From Balanoglossus misakiensis (lineage: Eukaryota; Animalia; Hemichordata): a stretch of DNA of 64,000 bases. Location of the stretch: the NCBI GenBank assembly GCA_040954595.2, contig CM082581.2, forward strand, positions 4,332,699 through 4,396,698, written 5' to 3'. The notes beneath the pieces are model-generated. The model worked only from the letters and a program-made list of their open reading frames with translations. It ran no database searches and had not been told where the DNA came from. Made by a program: the position numbers and the translations under genes. This document shows positions 53,511-64,000 of this stretch, one piece after another. How positions within the stretch are numbered: position 1 is the stretch's first letter; each line of letters starts with the position of its first letter.

Positions 53511-56500
53511 ATTTAAAATTAATATCGATATAACCATCCACCAATATATTGTCATTCATTTGGAAACTGTAGAATTGCATTCCATAAGGGTTTAATAAGC
53601 CCGATTTTATATGAAATGAGCTACTTTTGAAGTAAACAAGGGCAATTTGTGGCACAGTTGTAAGTTCAGTGCGGTCCAGTTCTATTTTCTTTCTGTAATA
53701 TATAATTTATGTACTCTGCTATCAAATTACGGTTTACAGTCAACATCTCTCATAAAGTGGAGTGGTTTATGAGACTGGTTTGTTCATTTCATCATCCATC
53801 ACGGGACGTCAGACTGAACACACCCAAATTAAAGTGGGTCACTCGACCGATTATCATGACTTGAGTTTTATTTATCCTGTAGAAACAGTGCCACTCAGCA
53901 TGCGCCTTGCAACAGAAAAATTAACTTTTAATAACAACCATGAAAATACGACTGCCTACTTCAGCGCCGAATATTCTAAATAAAAGAAAAATGCGTGATA
54001 TCGACACAATTGTTGTAATGAAAGTATATACATGTAACAACTATTACATCCTCAATAAAATATTTTACGGCGATAGTTTGGATTTGGAGGAAAGTCTCAA
54101 ATTTAAAAGTGTTATCGGGTCAGACACACGATATGGACACGTTTCAGGTGTCGAATAGAAAGTATTTGCTAATAAAATGTCATAAATCTCATTTTTCAAG
54201 AAATGTTCCGAAAATTCAAACGTGGAAATGTAAGTTATAACAAATTTTTAGTTCCAGTTCTGCTTCACTAATATGCTAACCAAACATGAGTCTTGTCTTA
54301 TGTTATTAGGGTGCAAGCAAATAATATTGAGGGATGTGTTCCGAAAATCTTTGCGAAACATTGAAGTGTGCAACCGCCCCAGGGTTGAGTACCTCTTAAG
54401 AAATGAATGTGTTTGTGTGACCAACAGCAAGGTTTGCTTTATTGTGTCAGTTTCCTTCATATCCGCGGGAGTCAAAGTAGGATTGTTGTATCTCAGCCGT
54501 TATAATTAAGGTGCTATAGTTGGGCATATAATGACCCTAGCCTGGTAAAGACCCTGCGATTCGTGTTTCAAATCAAAGTTCATGATCTGACGTCAGAAGT
54601 GACATTTACGTTGAAGTTAACTGAATTTAGTAAATCTGTGCAGATAACTGTGTCGACGTGAGGCTAACATAACAATCTAGCAGTGATCCTGTGTGACGCT
54701 ACATGTAAAATAAGAGCCGACAATTGAATCAAATTGATCATTATGTTTTAGCTTCGGAGGAGGGTTATTAAATTATTATTGCAACCTCACGTCACGGGAA
54801 GAATCTTATATTCACCACTGGAAGTGGTAGGGTGCCAAGAAGGCACAATTCCATTCATATTCAGGTAAGTATACCACCTTGTCAACTTTTTTTTCAGGAA
54901 ACGTTAAAAGGGTATGAGACCCCGGCACCTCACCCAGTGCATGCACTTGGTATTGGAATCACTGATAGTGAACCATTCTCATTTGCACACTAATCAATAT
55001 TGAGAGCAAATATTTCTCTCAGGTGCTCTCATTCTCAGCCTTCAGCCCTCTTGAATAAATCGTCAGCGGACATGACGACATGTATCGCGCTATTAACATT
55101 TGGTAAACTATTTAGCCCACAGCAATACCACGACTGGCTATGTCTATATACCTTCTTAATAACGCTTCTGTAACATTTCTGTTATAATGTTGAACATATT
55201 TATAAAAGATAAGATCTTTGCTGGGTTAGATTAAAGTTGACTTGACACGCTTTAAAAGTGATGCACTAAAAACGATCGGTCTTCGGTTTAAAAAGGACAC
55301 CGCATGTACAGGCGAGTATTTTATCAACTTGACGAGAACTGAATTTACAACAGAACCTATGTGTTAACATGTAAACGTTGACTACAAAGAGTTCCGGAGA
55401 TGCATCATTATAACTCTGACTTGTGACATTTACAAGTAATTCAATGTACCTTTAAGAACTGCCGGCCTGGCAAATATCACTGTGTTCATTAATGCATTAC
55501 CCAGAAAAGAGAAAGAATTGTTCTAATTTACCATAGAAGACGATTCCTATCAGCGAGGCGAAGCCGCTGTTTCTAATTAGGAGTTCAAACCGCTGACAGA
55601 TATTGTGTTCGTTATAGTCTCTCAATGTAGAACATGGACATCACGGTGGGAGGTACGGTTCAAGTAGCGAAAAGAGAATGATATTATATTCCCACGCTAA
55701 AAATTGTATAATTTATGTAGGTCGCAGCGCTTAACGACAGACGTCTCTTTAATTGTCGACTTGAACATTTGGTGAATGATGCGGTAAGAATAGAAAACAT
55801 AGGTTGATTTAGGGGTACGGTATCAGGCAGGGCGTATAACAGGGCGAAAACAAAACAACAAGATAGACTGACCACGTTAAGATATCACCCTCCCGATGGC
55901 GCGCGCATGGGGGCGGCATCCTAGGCCTTGTTTGTGACTAATGTTACCGTTATCCCAGAGGTTCTAAAGTTAATTATGGTAGAGATACCCCTACATTACT
56001 CCCCGTTGTAACAACTGAAAGCCTGGTATAGAAATGGTATGTATGTATACATATGTATGTGTGTTTCTGTCATTTACCGCTTTACATTTATTACGAGATT
56101 TAGTTCAGGCACGTGAATATCGTTATGAACATTTTTTTCGTCATTTTATATTCAAGTTATCTGCATTTCATATTGTTCATCCTCGCATTTTTTTCAGTTA
56201 GAAAGTATAGCTTGGTGCTTAGTTTGAGGGCGCACTCCACTTTGCTGAAGTTAATGTTTGATGCAAGATACTAGAAATGTCATGACTTTGCAATATCATG
56301 TCATACACAGGCCTACATATAGCATGCATACAATCGCAGACACGAGTGCACTAGATTCAGCTTTACTCATCGATAACTCGTACGGGTCGTTGGCTCGACC
56401 ACAGTCTCCCCAACCTCCAAAACCTTGGCGGGCGAAGCTGAGTTTTCTTATATTCACACAGCGTAACACTCGTAGGTTTTTATAGTGTCAGACTGCACTG

Positions 56501-56877
56501 TGCATGAATAAAGCGGTCGACACTATCCAGCAGCAAGGACCAACACACCCGCACCTGTGCGTACAACCACTTTGTTGAGCAACGCAACGTGACCTGGTTT
56601 TCAAGGACATGAGACTACAGCGACTGCACTCATACATAACGTGGGCCAGCTATTTTACACTCCCCTTTCCTTGAAGACGATTTGACATGTCAAATCTATT
56701 GGCGAGATTTATTCAAACAAATAAACATTTTTTTAAAATTGTGATTATTAAATACGAGAGTTTAAACGAAGCGCACTTTCATTATCAGAAAATTAAAATT
56801 GTCTATTTTGTTTCAAAATTGATTTTCAAAGTGTACATTCGAGGATTAACATTTATCAATATTACCACTTACATGTA

Positions 56878-57038
56878 CAGAGAAGCCTGTCATTAGGGAC
56901 ACCTCTTTAATCAGGACACCCCTCTATTAAGGACAGATTTTTCAATAGAATATTACCTGCCTATATATGAAGGACACTTCTCTTTTAAGGATAGATTTTC
57001 TGGTCCCAGTTGTGTCCTTTAATAAACAATTTTCACTG
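56878..57038. mobile_element. Degenerate Tc1/mariner (pogo-like) MITE remnant
   Basis: Starts TA|CAGAGAAGCCTGT and ends ...aattttcactg, a degenerate CAGTGAAA-type TIR. Internal repeated aggaca(c) units. Confidence 0.5.
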
Positions 57039-57235
57039 CATTTTAATGAGATTTCTTTTCCAAGGTGACCCTCTTCTGTTTTAACTGCGAACATTGATTC
57101 TCTGTTATTGGCGGTGACAAAGCTTTGACCCCACAGTAGCGTTTACAGGTAAACACACACTTCGCGGAATTTTACGTCACGTGATTTCGGTACTGGTAAA
57201 CACGGGTACAGAGAGGCGTTCACATCACACCAGCT

Positions 57236-59440
57236 ATGGCAGCGAAAGAGTCCAAGTTATTGGCGGAGATCGACGACAATTTTCTGTCCTGTACTATCTG
57301 CTCGGAGCGATACAAGAATGCTAAACTGCTACCGTGTCTACACAGCTTCTGCGAGCCGTGTCTGGGTAAGCTGGCAGAGAAAAGCGGCCCGATCGTCTGT
57401 CCAATATGTCGGCGTTCGCACCAACTTCCTGATAGCGGCGTGGCAGGTATTGGCGCAAACTCATTTATCAACGAATTGATTGAACTGTTCAGAAAGCGAG
57501 ACGAGGCTTCCGCAAAATCCTCAAAATGCGAAGGTTGTCAGGAGGCAGAATCTATCAAACACTGCGTTGAATGTGGATTCGATTTGTGCAGAGTGTGTGC
57601 CAATTCGCACGGGCGGTTTCCAACAACCAGGTCACACCAACTGATGACCTTAGAAGAGTTCGAGTCGGCAAAGTCCGGTGACCTCGCTTCGGTACAGCCG
57701 CCGATCTACTGCGCCAGTCACCCTGACTACCAGGTCGAATTCTACTGTGACACATGTGACGTAGCGATCTGCCTCAAATGCGCGGCTTTAGATCACCCAA
57801 TCACAGAGCATAAATACAGACACTTGAAAGACGCAGCCACTGAATACTGCAAAGATCTGACAGAAGTAATCGACAAAGTGAAAGAGAAAGAAGACGAAGC
57901 CAGCCACAGCAAAGCCGTCGTCACGGAGACCGCCGAATCTCTCGACATATGTTATCAGACAGAGGACAAGAAAATGAAAGAACACATCCAGGAAACAATC
58001 GATGACGTCACCCGTATGATACGTGAGAATGGTGACAAACTTCTCGGAGAGCTGAAAGATGAATACGACAGAAGGAAAGTTAACTTAATTGCACAACTGA
58101 AAGAACTGGAGTTTGCAGAGAGTGACGTGTCATATGCAAGAGAGTATGCAGAGAACCTGATGCTGTATGGGAATGCAGCGCAGTTGATGTCAGCCAAGAA
58201 AGGGATTGCCACTCAAATGGAAGAATTGCTGAGAATGGAGACGAAAATCTACCCAACTGAGACTGACTATATGGAGTTCAAACCATGTGATGATTTCTGT
58301 GGAACAAAAACTGTGGGTGTAATATCCAAATCCCCTGTCACAGCCGATAACTGCAGTCTGGTTGATGTTCCCGAATTTGCAAGAGTTGGTGAAGATATCA
58401 CCATCACCCTAGCAACAGACATCAAGCAGAGAATTGTATCGTACGGAAAAGTAAAGGTGGAGGCAGTCTTGAAGAAACCAGACGACAGCCAAGAAGACAT
58501 CGGAACGACAAATAATGGTGATGGAACGTGGAGTTTGAAAACCCGTGCCAACATGACGGGAAATCACGAAGTCTTGGTGTCTGTATCCAAGAAACCAGTC
58601 AAAGGGTCACCAGTTACAATCGGTGTTATTCCACAGAAAGGGTTGATTTGTCAATTTGGTCAGAAAGGGTGCGGAGTGGGGCAGTTGAGTGAACCATGGG
58701 GAGTCATGGTAACCGGGGATGGCAATGTTAGGGTGTGTGATGGAGGTAATAGATTACAGACATTCACTCGACATGGCCAACATAGATGTACAACCACGTT
58801 CAGTAATATTTCAACCAAAGTTGATCCAATGTTTTCAGCAGTCTCAGAGGATGGAAGTATCTTTACTACTGATTTCATTGGCGAGCAAGTAATCGTGCAT
58901 GATGAGAATGGCAGAGTGATGCGTTGTTTCGGCAAAGGTGTGATTGAATCCCCATTCGGCATTGCGATACATCCTGCCAATGGAATGGTTTATGTTGTCG
59001 ATCGTGATGGAAATTGTGTACACATCTACAACAAAAATGGCGATCATTATAAATCGTTTGGTGAGTTGTACTATCCTATAGGCGTCAGTATTGATGCTGC
59101 GGGGAAAGTGTTTGTAGCAGACAATCACCGTATTCAAGTGTTTGATGCTGAGGGAGAATATTTGTACAGCTTTGGAAGTGAAGGGTCAGGTGATAATCAG
59201 ATGAGTTACCCCCGTGGGATATCACATGACAGTGATGGCAACGTGTATGTGTGTGATCACGGTAATCATAGAGTGATGAAGTATGAGTCAGATGGTCGAT
59301 TCATTTGTCGTATTGACAGTGATGATAACCATGTAGCCTATCCATCAGGTATCTGTGTGACCGATGACAGGCCATTTGGCAATGTCATCGTGGCCAGTAC
59401 GCTAGTTGGCAATGGATGTGTGAAAGTGTTTGCTCAGTGA
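57236..59440 (+). CDS. TRIM-NHL E3 ubiquitin ligase (TRIM2/TRIM3-like; RING-Bbox1-Bbox2-coiled coil-filamin-NHL), 734 aa, intronless CDS
   Basis: RING CTIC...LPCLHSFCEPC...CPIC; B-box1 CEGC...CVEC...C..C..H...H; B-box2 CASH...CDTC...CLKC...H...H; coiled-coil region; filamin repeat (NNGDGTW...G.HEV.V...PVKGSP); NHL repeats (PWGV, PFGI, PIGV, PRGI, PSGI). Confidence 0.95.
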   Translation: MAAKESKLLAEIDDNFLSCTICSERYKNAKLLPCLHSFCEPCLGKLAEKSGPIVCPICRRSHQLPDSGVAGIGANSFINELIELFRKRDEASAKSSKCEGCQEAESIKHCVECGFDLCRVCANSHGRFPTTRSHQLMTLEEFESAKSGDLASVQPPIYCASHPDYQVEFYCDTCDVAICLKCAALDHPITEHKYRHLKDAATEYCKDLTEVIDKVKEKEDEASHSKAVVTETAESLDICYQTEDKKMKEHIQETIDDVTRMIRENGDKLLGELKDEYDRRKVNLIAQLKELEFAESDVSYAREYAENLMLYGNAAQLMSAKKGIATQMEELLRMETKIYPTETDYMEFKPCDDFCGTKTVGVISKSPVTADNCSLVDVPEFARVGEDITITLATDIKQRIVSYGKVKVEAVLKKPDDSQEDIGTTNNGDGTWSLKTRANMTGNHEVLVSVSKKPVKGSPVTIGVIPQKGLICQFGQKGCGVGQLSEPWGVMVTGDGNVRVCDGGNRLQTFTRHGQHRCTTTFSNISTKVDPMFSAVSEDGSIFTTDFIGEQVIVHDENGRVMRCFGKGVIESPFGIAIHPANGMVYVVDRDGNCVHIYNKNGDHYKSFGELYYPIGVSIDAAGKVFVADNHRIQVFDAEGEYLYSFGSEGSGDNQMSYPRGISHDSDGNVYVCDHGNHRVMKYESDGRFICRIDSDDNHVAYPSGICVTDDRPFGNVIVASTLVGNGCVKVFAQ

Positions 59441-60742
59441 AGTGTGGAAGGAAATCAAAATAGCGAGACGTGACAACAAGAACGCCCTAATGTGTGTTTG
59501 TTGTAAAGATATAAAACCATACTTATCCAAGAAAACAAAGTATATTCGCTAAAATATATTAAATGCTTAGATATCATTATGCTTATAGTTTGAAACCGTG
59601 AAGACCACAAATTCTGGTCATAAATTGGATTGGTTAGTGTCATGACTTCTTACAAGTTAAAACACAACAATATCAACCCGGAATTGTATTAAAACAAATG
59701 ATAACAGTGATAATGTTTATTCTTGAATATTGAAACAAAATAGACAATGTCAGTCTTTTGATAATGAAAATGCGCTTAGTAACCAATTTCAGCGAAATCA
59801 ATGTTAGTAGCTGATTTTTTATTGTTATATTTCTGTGTGGGTTGTAACATTTTCTAATACACCTTTAGATTCCTCCGTCGAATTTGCATTAACATGTAAA
59901 ATATTATGGGATATTTTATGTTTGCTTAACAAACAAGAATGTATGTTTGTTCCATATTTGTGCTTATGCAACATTTACCAAATTTGCAACTGATTGTCGT
60001 TACATGTAATTTTGTAATCTGTACGGCTTTGCTAATTATTTCAAGAACCATACGTACATGTAACCTGTTTGTGTATACATTTGATTTGATTATTTTATCC
60101 GAATTTGTGTATTATTAAAACAAATTGATTTGCAAATCAAATTTGTGTTGACTATCATTTAGTCATTGCTCATTGTGAAGAGGAGCTCGGTTGGCGTAGA
60201 AACACATTTATTGACCGATAAAATGGGCAAACCGCATTCTTAAATGGATACCGATTCCACAAGTATAACATGTAAAATGAAAACTGGAACAGCACGTTGC
60301 GTGGTTGAGCGCCACCACCGACCGCACCTCAATATTTTATGTCCGCTATTTACGTAGTATAAACATACGTTGATCAGTAACTCAAAGGTCGGTTTCTGGC
60401 ATTGAAAAAGCAGTCATTATTAAAATATGGATGCTGTGTACCATTGGGAATCAAGAATTACACCTGGTTTGAGCAGATCCGAGGTTACATTAGGTAAATT
60501 TCAAAGATTACAAGTTCTCGTAGTCCCTTCCCGGTAAAATAAAAGAGCGGAACAGGCCCCAGAGACGTTCACAGAAAATACGTTCTGATGCGGCGACACC
60601 TGCTGAATTGGACTTTGTTCAATTGTCGAGCCTCAAGCGGGCTGTGTAAATGATTCCATTAATTATAGAGAATATGTGTCCAAATAACAGATAAAAACTT
60701 GACTGTCTAGTAAAGATAGGTGTTCTTTGCACTGTGTCATGA

Positions 60743-60802
60743 AGACAGACAGACAGACAGACACACACACACACACACATACATATACATACGCACATAT
60801 AT
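60743..60802. repeat. (GACA)n(CA)n microsatellite
   Basis: Visible run. Confidence 0.85.
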
Positions 60803-63173
60803 ACAGGTTTCAGTCGTCATTTCAGTCAAAATCCACTAATGAGAATATAGGCTTAGCATCACTAAACCAAACACCAAAGTAACCCACGACAAAGACTTTG
60901 CGCTCAACAAAAATTAATGCCTGGACGCATCCATATCCTTTATGGTAATTATGTTCAAGTGATGACATCAAAGACGCACCACACCATACACAACGATTTT
61001 CGACATGTGTTCAGTTATCTTCTGAGTGTGGCAATACCCCACTTTCAGTTGTTCTTTAATTCAGTATTTTATCTTTTATCGTCCATCACGGTTTTTATCT
61101 CAGCACATCAATCATTGTCGTCGAATTAGTACAATATGAATTTGCATCCCTGTGTTAATTACATGGTTTCTGTACGGATGCTAATGGCACCTTATCTGAT
61201 TGTATGTACCGAGAAATTCATTATGCTTGTAATTAGTTACTGCTGGCGCATGAAGGCTGGTGCATGATGGTTCCCATCTTTCCATAAATTTTCATTCGAT
61301 ATACCCGTTTTCCAATAAAGTAATGGGATAGCTTTGAACAATTTTAACAATATTAAGCTACTTGTTCATTTTGTTTATTGCTAACATATTATCCATTCTC
61401 ATCGTTGAAAAATGGCATTTTACAAGGGATGTTTATCGTGAATTAACGACATTCCTACCTTTAAGTTATCAATATGAAAACCCGTTCTGGGTACTACACG
61501 GTTACATTGTCTCGATATAATTTGAAACGTTCAATACAGGCACCGTTCATGAGTTTGTCATTTTTGATATCATACTTCACAAGTCCCGTCTTGAAAGTTG
61601 ACAATGAGTGATGGCAACATATTCTGTTTTAAAGCCATACATCATTGATGTCTATCGCTGATTTAAAAGTGTTTCACTGGAAACCTAGTTTTAATGAAGT
61701 CATTAAGTAGATCAGATGTGTGATAAACTATGCGCAGAGGGAATAAGCATCAGAAACGCACGAAGGAACTCAAATGGAATCAAATCTTACGAAATCTTTA
61801 TTTTTTTTCCATCTCCATACAAAATATAGCACGGATCGTTTTTTTTTATCTACCTTTCATCTTTTTAATTTCGCGTATCTCGTATCTATCAGGAAGTTTC
61901 GGTAGATGGGTTTTGTTTCACTGTACTAAGTTAATAGGACTTCTGCTACCCTGATTCCAGGGTACCTAATATACACACATTTGCATAAACCTCTTCAAAT
62001 GGACAGCGCCCGCATGTCATGCCTTACGACCATCGGTCCGTGCAAACAAATCTAGAATTCAAAAGTTGAAAGAAATTTCCCCAATTTCAAGTTGTTAGTC
62101 GATAATTAATGGTAAACTTTCGTGTCTTTCGTATTTGTTAGAATCACTTCTGCAAAATTTACATTTCGAGTTGAACACCTTGTGCGAAATAATGGCCATT
62201 GTCCACACTGTAGTCACTGAACCGTGTTAATTGATGATCGTGTTTCTTTGCATTAATTAGGGACGTATTTTGGCCTGCTCAAGGCAAGCGAAGATTACGA
62301 CAGCCATTTGATTGTGCATACTGCACCGAAGAATGTACCAACTCCGTACGTTTCTTTGTAAACATGTACTTTATCAAATCCTCCATATGAAATGTCAAGT
62401 AATGAAAAAATATAAATGGTGTTATTTGAATGACGTACACTGGCTGCGCTTGTGAAAGTACAGTTATAGAATACACCACATCACGTAAACTTGAAAAAAA
62501 AACTTCTACGGCACAGATGGCGAGCAGAGACCACATAGTTCTGTCGTCATATCACGGGCTGCAGTGATGGATTACATTTTCTTGAGTATGTCTTGAAAGT
62601 GTGGTCTTTAAAACCGCATTTGCCAGTCTGTGGTACTTGTATCGCTGGATATGCTAATTGCCCTCGACAGTTTTTTCTTTCTCCTTTGCACGATAATTAA
62701 TTTCAAAATACATGTACATTCGATATTTCAAATGAAACCATTGTGGTAAATTTGCCACTTGCCATCTACACTGTATAGTTACTTAGGTTCGCAATTTCCA
62801 CTTAATTGAATACGAAAACAAATTTTGTGTGGAAGTTTTATACATAGTTATGCTCTATATCCTATCATGATTTTCTCACATGTCGGGTAGATTAATAGTG
62901 TGATTTACAATATACACGAAAGGTGGGAATACGCTGATGACGTGTCATGCCAGATTAACGAATCCGCTTGTTCTGTCTTTAAATATAACCAATTAATGTT
63001 TTTCGCATTAGTTCTTGTATACACCGACCTCTTAGACAGGGGCACTCTTTCTTTCTATTGAACCATTTATCATGTGGATCAATTTCCTTTTAAAGATGTA
63101 AAGTAATAGCGGTCTTTCATGATGCCGCCATCGGTTCTGCGACAAATGGTTGCAAAGGAAAGCCGCACAAATC

Positions 63174-63238
63174 ATGTGATGTGATGTGATGTTATGTGGT
63201 GTGGTGTGGTGTGGTGTGGAGTGGTGTGGTGTGGTGTG

Positions 63239-63272
<34 letters not shown>

Positions 63273-63438
63273 ATGTATGTATGTATGTATGTATGTATGT
63301 ATGTATGTATGTATGTATGTATGTATGTATGTATGTATGTATGTATGTATGTATGTATGTATGTATGTATGTATGTATGTATGTATGTATATGTATGTAG
63401 GCGTTTGTATGTGCTTGCGTGCGTGCGTGTGTGTGTGT
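63174..63438. repeat. Compound microsatellite (GTGTG)n(GT)n(GTAT)n
   Basis: Visible run; source of spurious ORFs. Confidence 0.95.
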
Positions 63439-64000
63439 AGCTACACCAGCGTGAGATACAACCGTATCATCGACATGTTGCAATGCTTTATATTGTCATA
63501 CGTGATTTATTATTCGGCTGCGATATTAAATTGCACTGATGACTAGCAACAATTTCATGATTGTCGCTGGCACTTTCGCCGATAAAATACAATATATGGA
63601 TGTCATAAACCGTCTTTTGAATGGAAAACAGTCACGTTCTACGTTTGGGTTAATTAATTAGAACGCTTTTCATGCCGCATCGCGTTTTCACCTGGAAAGT
63701 GGTGACAGACGTGTCGCTGAATACTCTTCCTTATATTGTTGCAGTCTTCACTCAACCTTTTCAAAGGGGGACTTAGTCGACCTATTGAGTAACTTACTAT
63801 GACTGCTTCAATCGAGAAGTAAATGGAAGACCTCGGGGGCAATTTAAATTCTGATCAAAGATTTTTTGTAGCTGGGGATTAATTAAAATCTTCCACACTA
63901 AATTGCCTCTTAAGTGAAGCCCGCGCAAAATTGTCTCTTAAAACTGACACTATAGGCGAAGTTTAGCATCGGAAATGGGTGACCATTCGAGAAGTTTTAC

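Noticed and set aside
6308-59440. The whole region as a co-regulated immune or neuro-immune gene cluster
   Set aside because: Adjacency of GPCRs, lectins and a TRIM gene in a eukaryotic genome is not evidence of functional linkage without synteny or co-expression data.

Overview
Eukaryotic, AT-rich, intron-rich genomic DNA from a marine invertebrate, most likely a deuterostome such as an acorn worm (inferred from gene content and repeats, not shown directly). Five protein-coding genes can be supported. (1) An intronless orphan class A GPCR on the minus strand (6308-7417). (2, 3) A tandem, same-strand pair of paralogous 26-exon genes (10503-24846 and 26163-42030), reconstructed by hand from GT-AG sites. 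Each encodes a ~1300-aa secreted mosaic protein: signal peptide - C-type lectin domain (CTLD) - 10-Cys module - unassigned ~190-aa domain - CTLD - CASPR/neurexin-IV-type fibrinogen-like domain - PAN - CTLD - CTLD - FN3 - PAN. (4) An intronless aminergic (dopamine/octopamine-type) GPCR (49097-50149). (5) A TRIM-NHL E3 ligase with an intronless CDS (57236-59440). The rest is non-autonomous DNA-transposon material (a Harbinger-type MITE with TAA TSD, a palindromic TTAA-ended MITE family, hairpin-plus-inverted-repeat elements) and microsatellites. The lectin pair is the most interesting part: an architecture I do not recognise, exon-restricted sequence homogenisation, and divergent sugar-binding motifs.
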